Origin: a virus
Lineage: Duplodnaviria > Caudoviricetes
DNA length: 64,000 nt
Strand: one strand, 5' to 3'
IMG/VR virus record: IMGVR_UViG_3300028735_000004
Coordinates: 64,001-128,000 of that record
The notes below the pieces were generated by a model. It ran no database searches. It was not told where the DNA came from and saw only the letters and a list, made by a program, of their open reading frames with translations. Positions 62,311 to 64,000 of this stretch are shown piece after piece. Each line of letters opens with the position of its first letter. Position 1 is the first letter of the stretch. The position numbers and the translations under genes are program-made.

Positions 62311-64000
62311 TATACGCCTAATATTATTCTTCTTAATTGCCTAATAAATGATTGTTTTAATTGCTCTGTTTGTTGAGGTATTATCTCGTCCTTAAGAGCA
62401 GTTGTATCAAATTTGGGGGATAATAAATCAATGCTGCTTTTTTCATTAAAATCTGTATAAAAATTTCTTTTGGAAGGAGTTAAAACTCTTTTATCAAAAT
62501 ATCTTGGATCTTGACCATCTATTTTATATGTTTTAAATTTATTTCCTTCTTTATCTATTTTAGAATAACCTTTACCTGATAAGAAATATTTAACTTTTAA
62601 TTTATTTTTTGCATTTTGAGCAAGATATGCATAAGCCTTATCTAAATCTACGCGACTATTTCTAACATTTAATGCATTTTCTTCAACATTATCTAATATA
62701 TAACTATTATCTTCTGGAACATAATAAAAATAACTTTGAGATAAAAGTTTCCATTGACCTTCTGGATTTTTGTATTCTAAGATAAGAACTCCAGCTAAAG
62801 GATTAATAAAGGAATCCCGAGCTGCAACTTCTCCGTATCCGCCAATTCTTTGACAACAATTTGTCTCTATACCTACTCTTAACATTCTCGGATCTTTATC
62901 TTTTAAAACTCTAAATCTTAAATTATCAAATATTTGAAGATCTAATTTAAATAGTTGTTTATTTTTTGGTTTATAGTCTGCCAAAAATTCTTTAATCACA
63001 TTAGCATTTTCTAATGTTTCAAGGTCGGTTTCAAATGTCGCCACCGCTTCTTTAATCTTATTAAAATCAGGATCTTATAAAGATAAAATACGATTTTCAT
63101 TACCTATTTTTTCAATTAATAATAAATTTTCTTTAAAATTTTGACTTATATATTTTTTTCTTTTCAATTCTGTTAATAATGTACCTAAATCTTTAATTAA
63201 TTTTTTAGAGCCGCCTTTATTCATTATTCCAAGATAAGCATTTAAAAATTTTGCAACTATATCTAAAGATTTTCTATTTATAAAATTTTTACTTTTAATA
63301 ATTTTTATAATAATATTTTTATCAACATTTCCAAATTTATTATGTATATCAGATATAAAACTCTGTAAAGAACCAGTATCTTTAGCAAGAGTATCTAAAC
63401 TTCTGATAACAGATAGGTAAATATCGATAGTATCATCTTCATTGTTACTAAAATCTAAATCTTCTTGAATTTTGTAACAGAATCGAAAATTATATCAAAA
63501 TTCTCTTCACATAAATTAACAAAACTATTATTATTTAATTTGCCAAATTTTTCTAATAATTTTACTATTATTTTAAAAGTAGTAATTTGAAAAGAACTTG
63601 GATTTGTAATAATTGATATTTTGTCTAAATCATAATTTTTATATAAATTTTTAATTAAAAATAATAATAAATCTTTTGGAATAAAAGATAATTTTTCTTG
63701 AGATATTTTTAAAATATTTTCTATATTTAATTTTGGCACGCTTGAGACAATATTGAAAATTTTATTAATTTTATTTTTAGGATGCTCCATATATCTACAT
63801 CCTTCAATTCTGGAATAATCATTTGCTGAAGGAAAAGATTCTCGAAAAATTATAGCCACATTTTGTGCAGCAAGATTGTCAAGATATTGGGTTGTTATTT
63901 TGTTATAATCATCTAATTGTAAATAATAAGGTAATCTTATTTTTGTGGTTGGATAAGCTAAATTATAAAATAAGTTTTTTAATAAAAGCAATATGTATTT
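62310..64000 (-). pseudogene. Large hypothetical gene broken by a frameshift and a nonsense codon, running off the window edge
   Basis: Open at the window edge. One missing A at 63470-63473 joins ORF 63455..63991 to a frame that stays open to an in-frame TAA at 63075-63077, which is in frame with ORF 62310..63044 (TNCCQRIGG...LDNVE domain). Confidence 0.68.

Overview
AT-rich (roughly 70-75% A+T by eye), densely coded segment, almost entirely on the minus strand. It has bacterial Shine-Dalgarno sites and many TAATG/ATGA stop-start overlaps. It reads as the virion-morphogenesis region of a large (probably jumbo) contractile-tailed bacteriophage. In transcription order (right to left) it encodes: neck protein, GH18 lipoprotein, tailspike, Gly-rich fibre, holin-like protein, long fibres, tail terminator, HNH, sheath, tube, G/GT chaperones with a -1 slippery site, tape measure, tube initiator, hub, spike, hydrophobic protein, gp25-like wedge, baseplate J, 2318-aa LamG wedge, dockerin-like protein and a 9x Ig-like protein. 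These are followed by a glycosylation cassette (GT4, methyltransferase, two GT2, RmlB-like), a tubulin/FtsZ-family GTPase, a small lipoprotein, a GIY-YIG endonuclease and a putative endolysin. No capsid, portal, terminase, tRNA, rRNA or CRISPR array was seen. Most striking observations: (1) the tripeptide DGY occurs about 33 times by hand count, only in predicted outer virion proteins, next to an intact glycosyltransferase cassette, which makes it a candidate virion-modification sequon; (2) seven accessory or mobile genes are broken by single-base deletions and nonsense codons while about 45 kb of structural genes is intact. All family assignments come from motif recognition by eye, not database searches.
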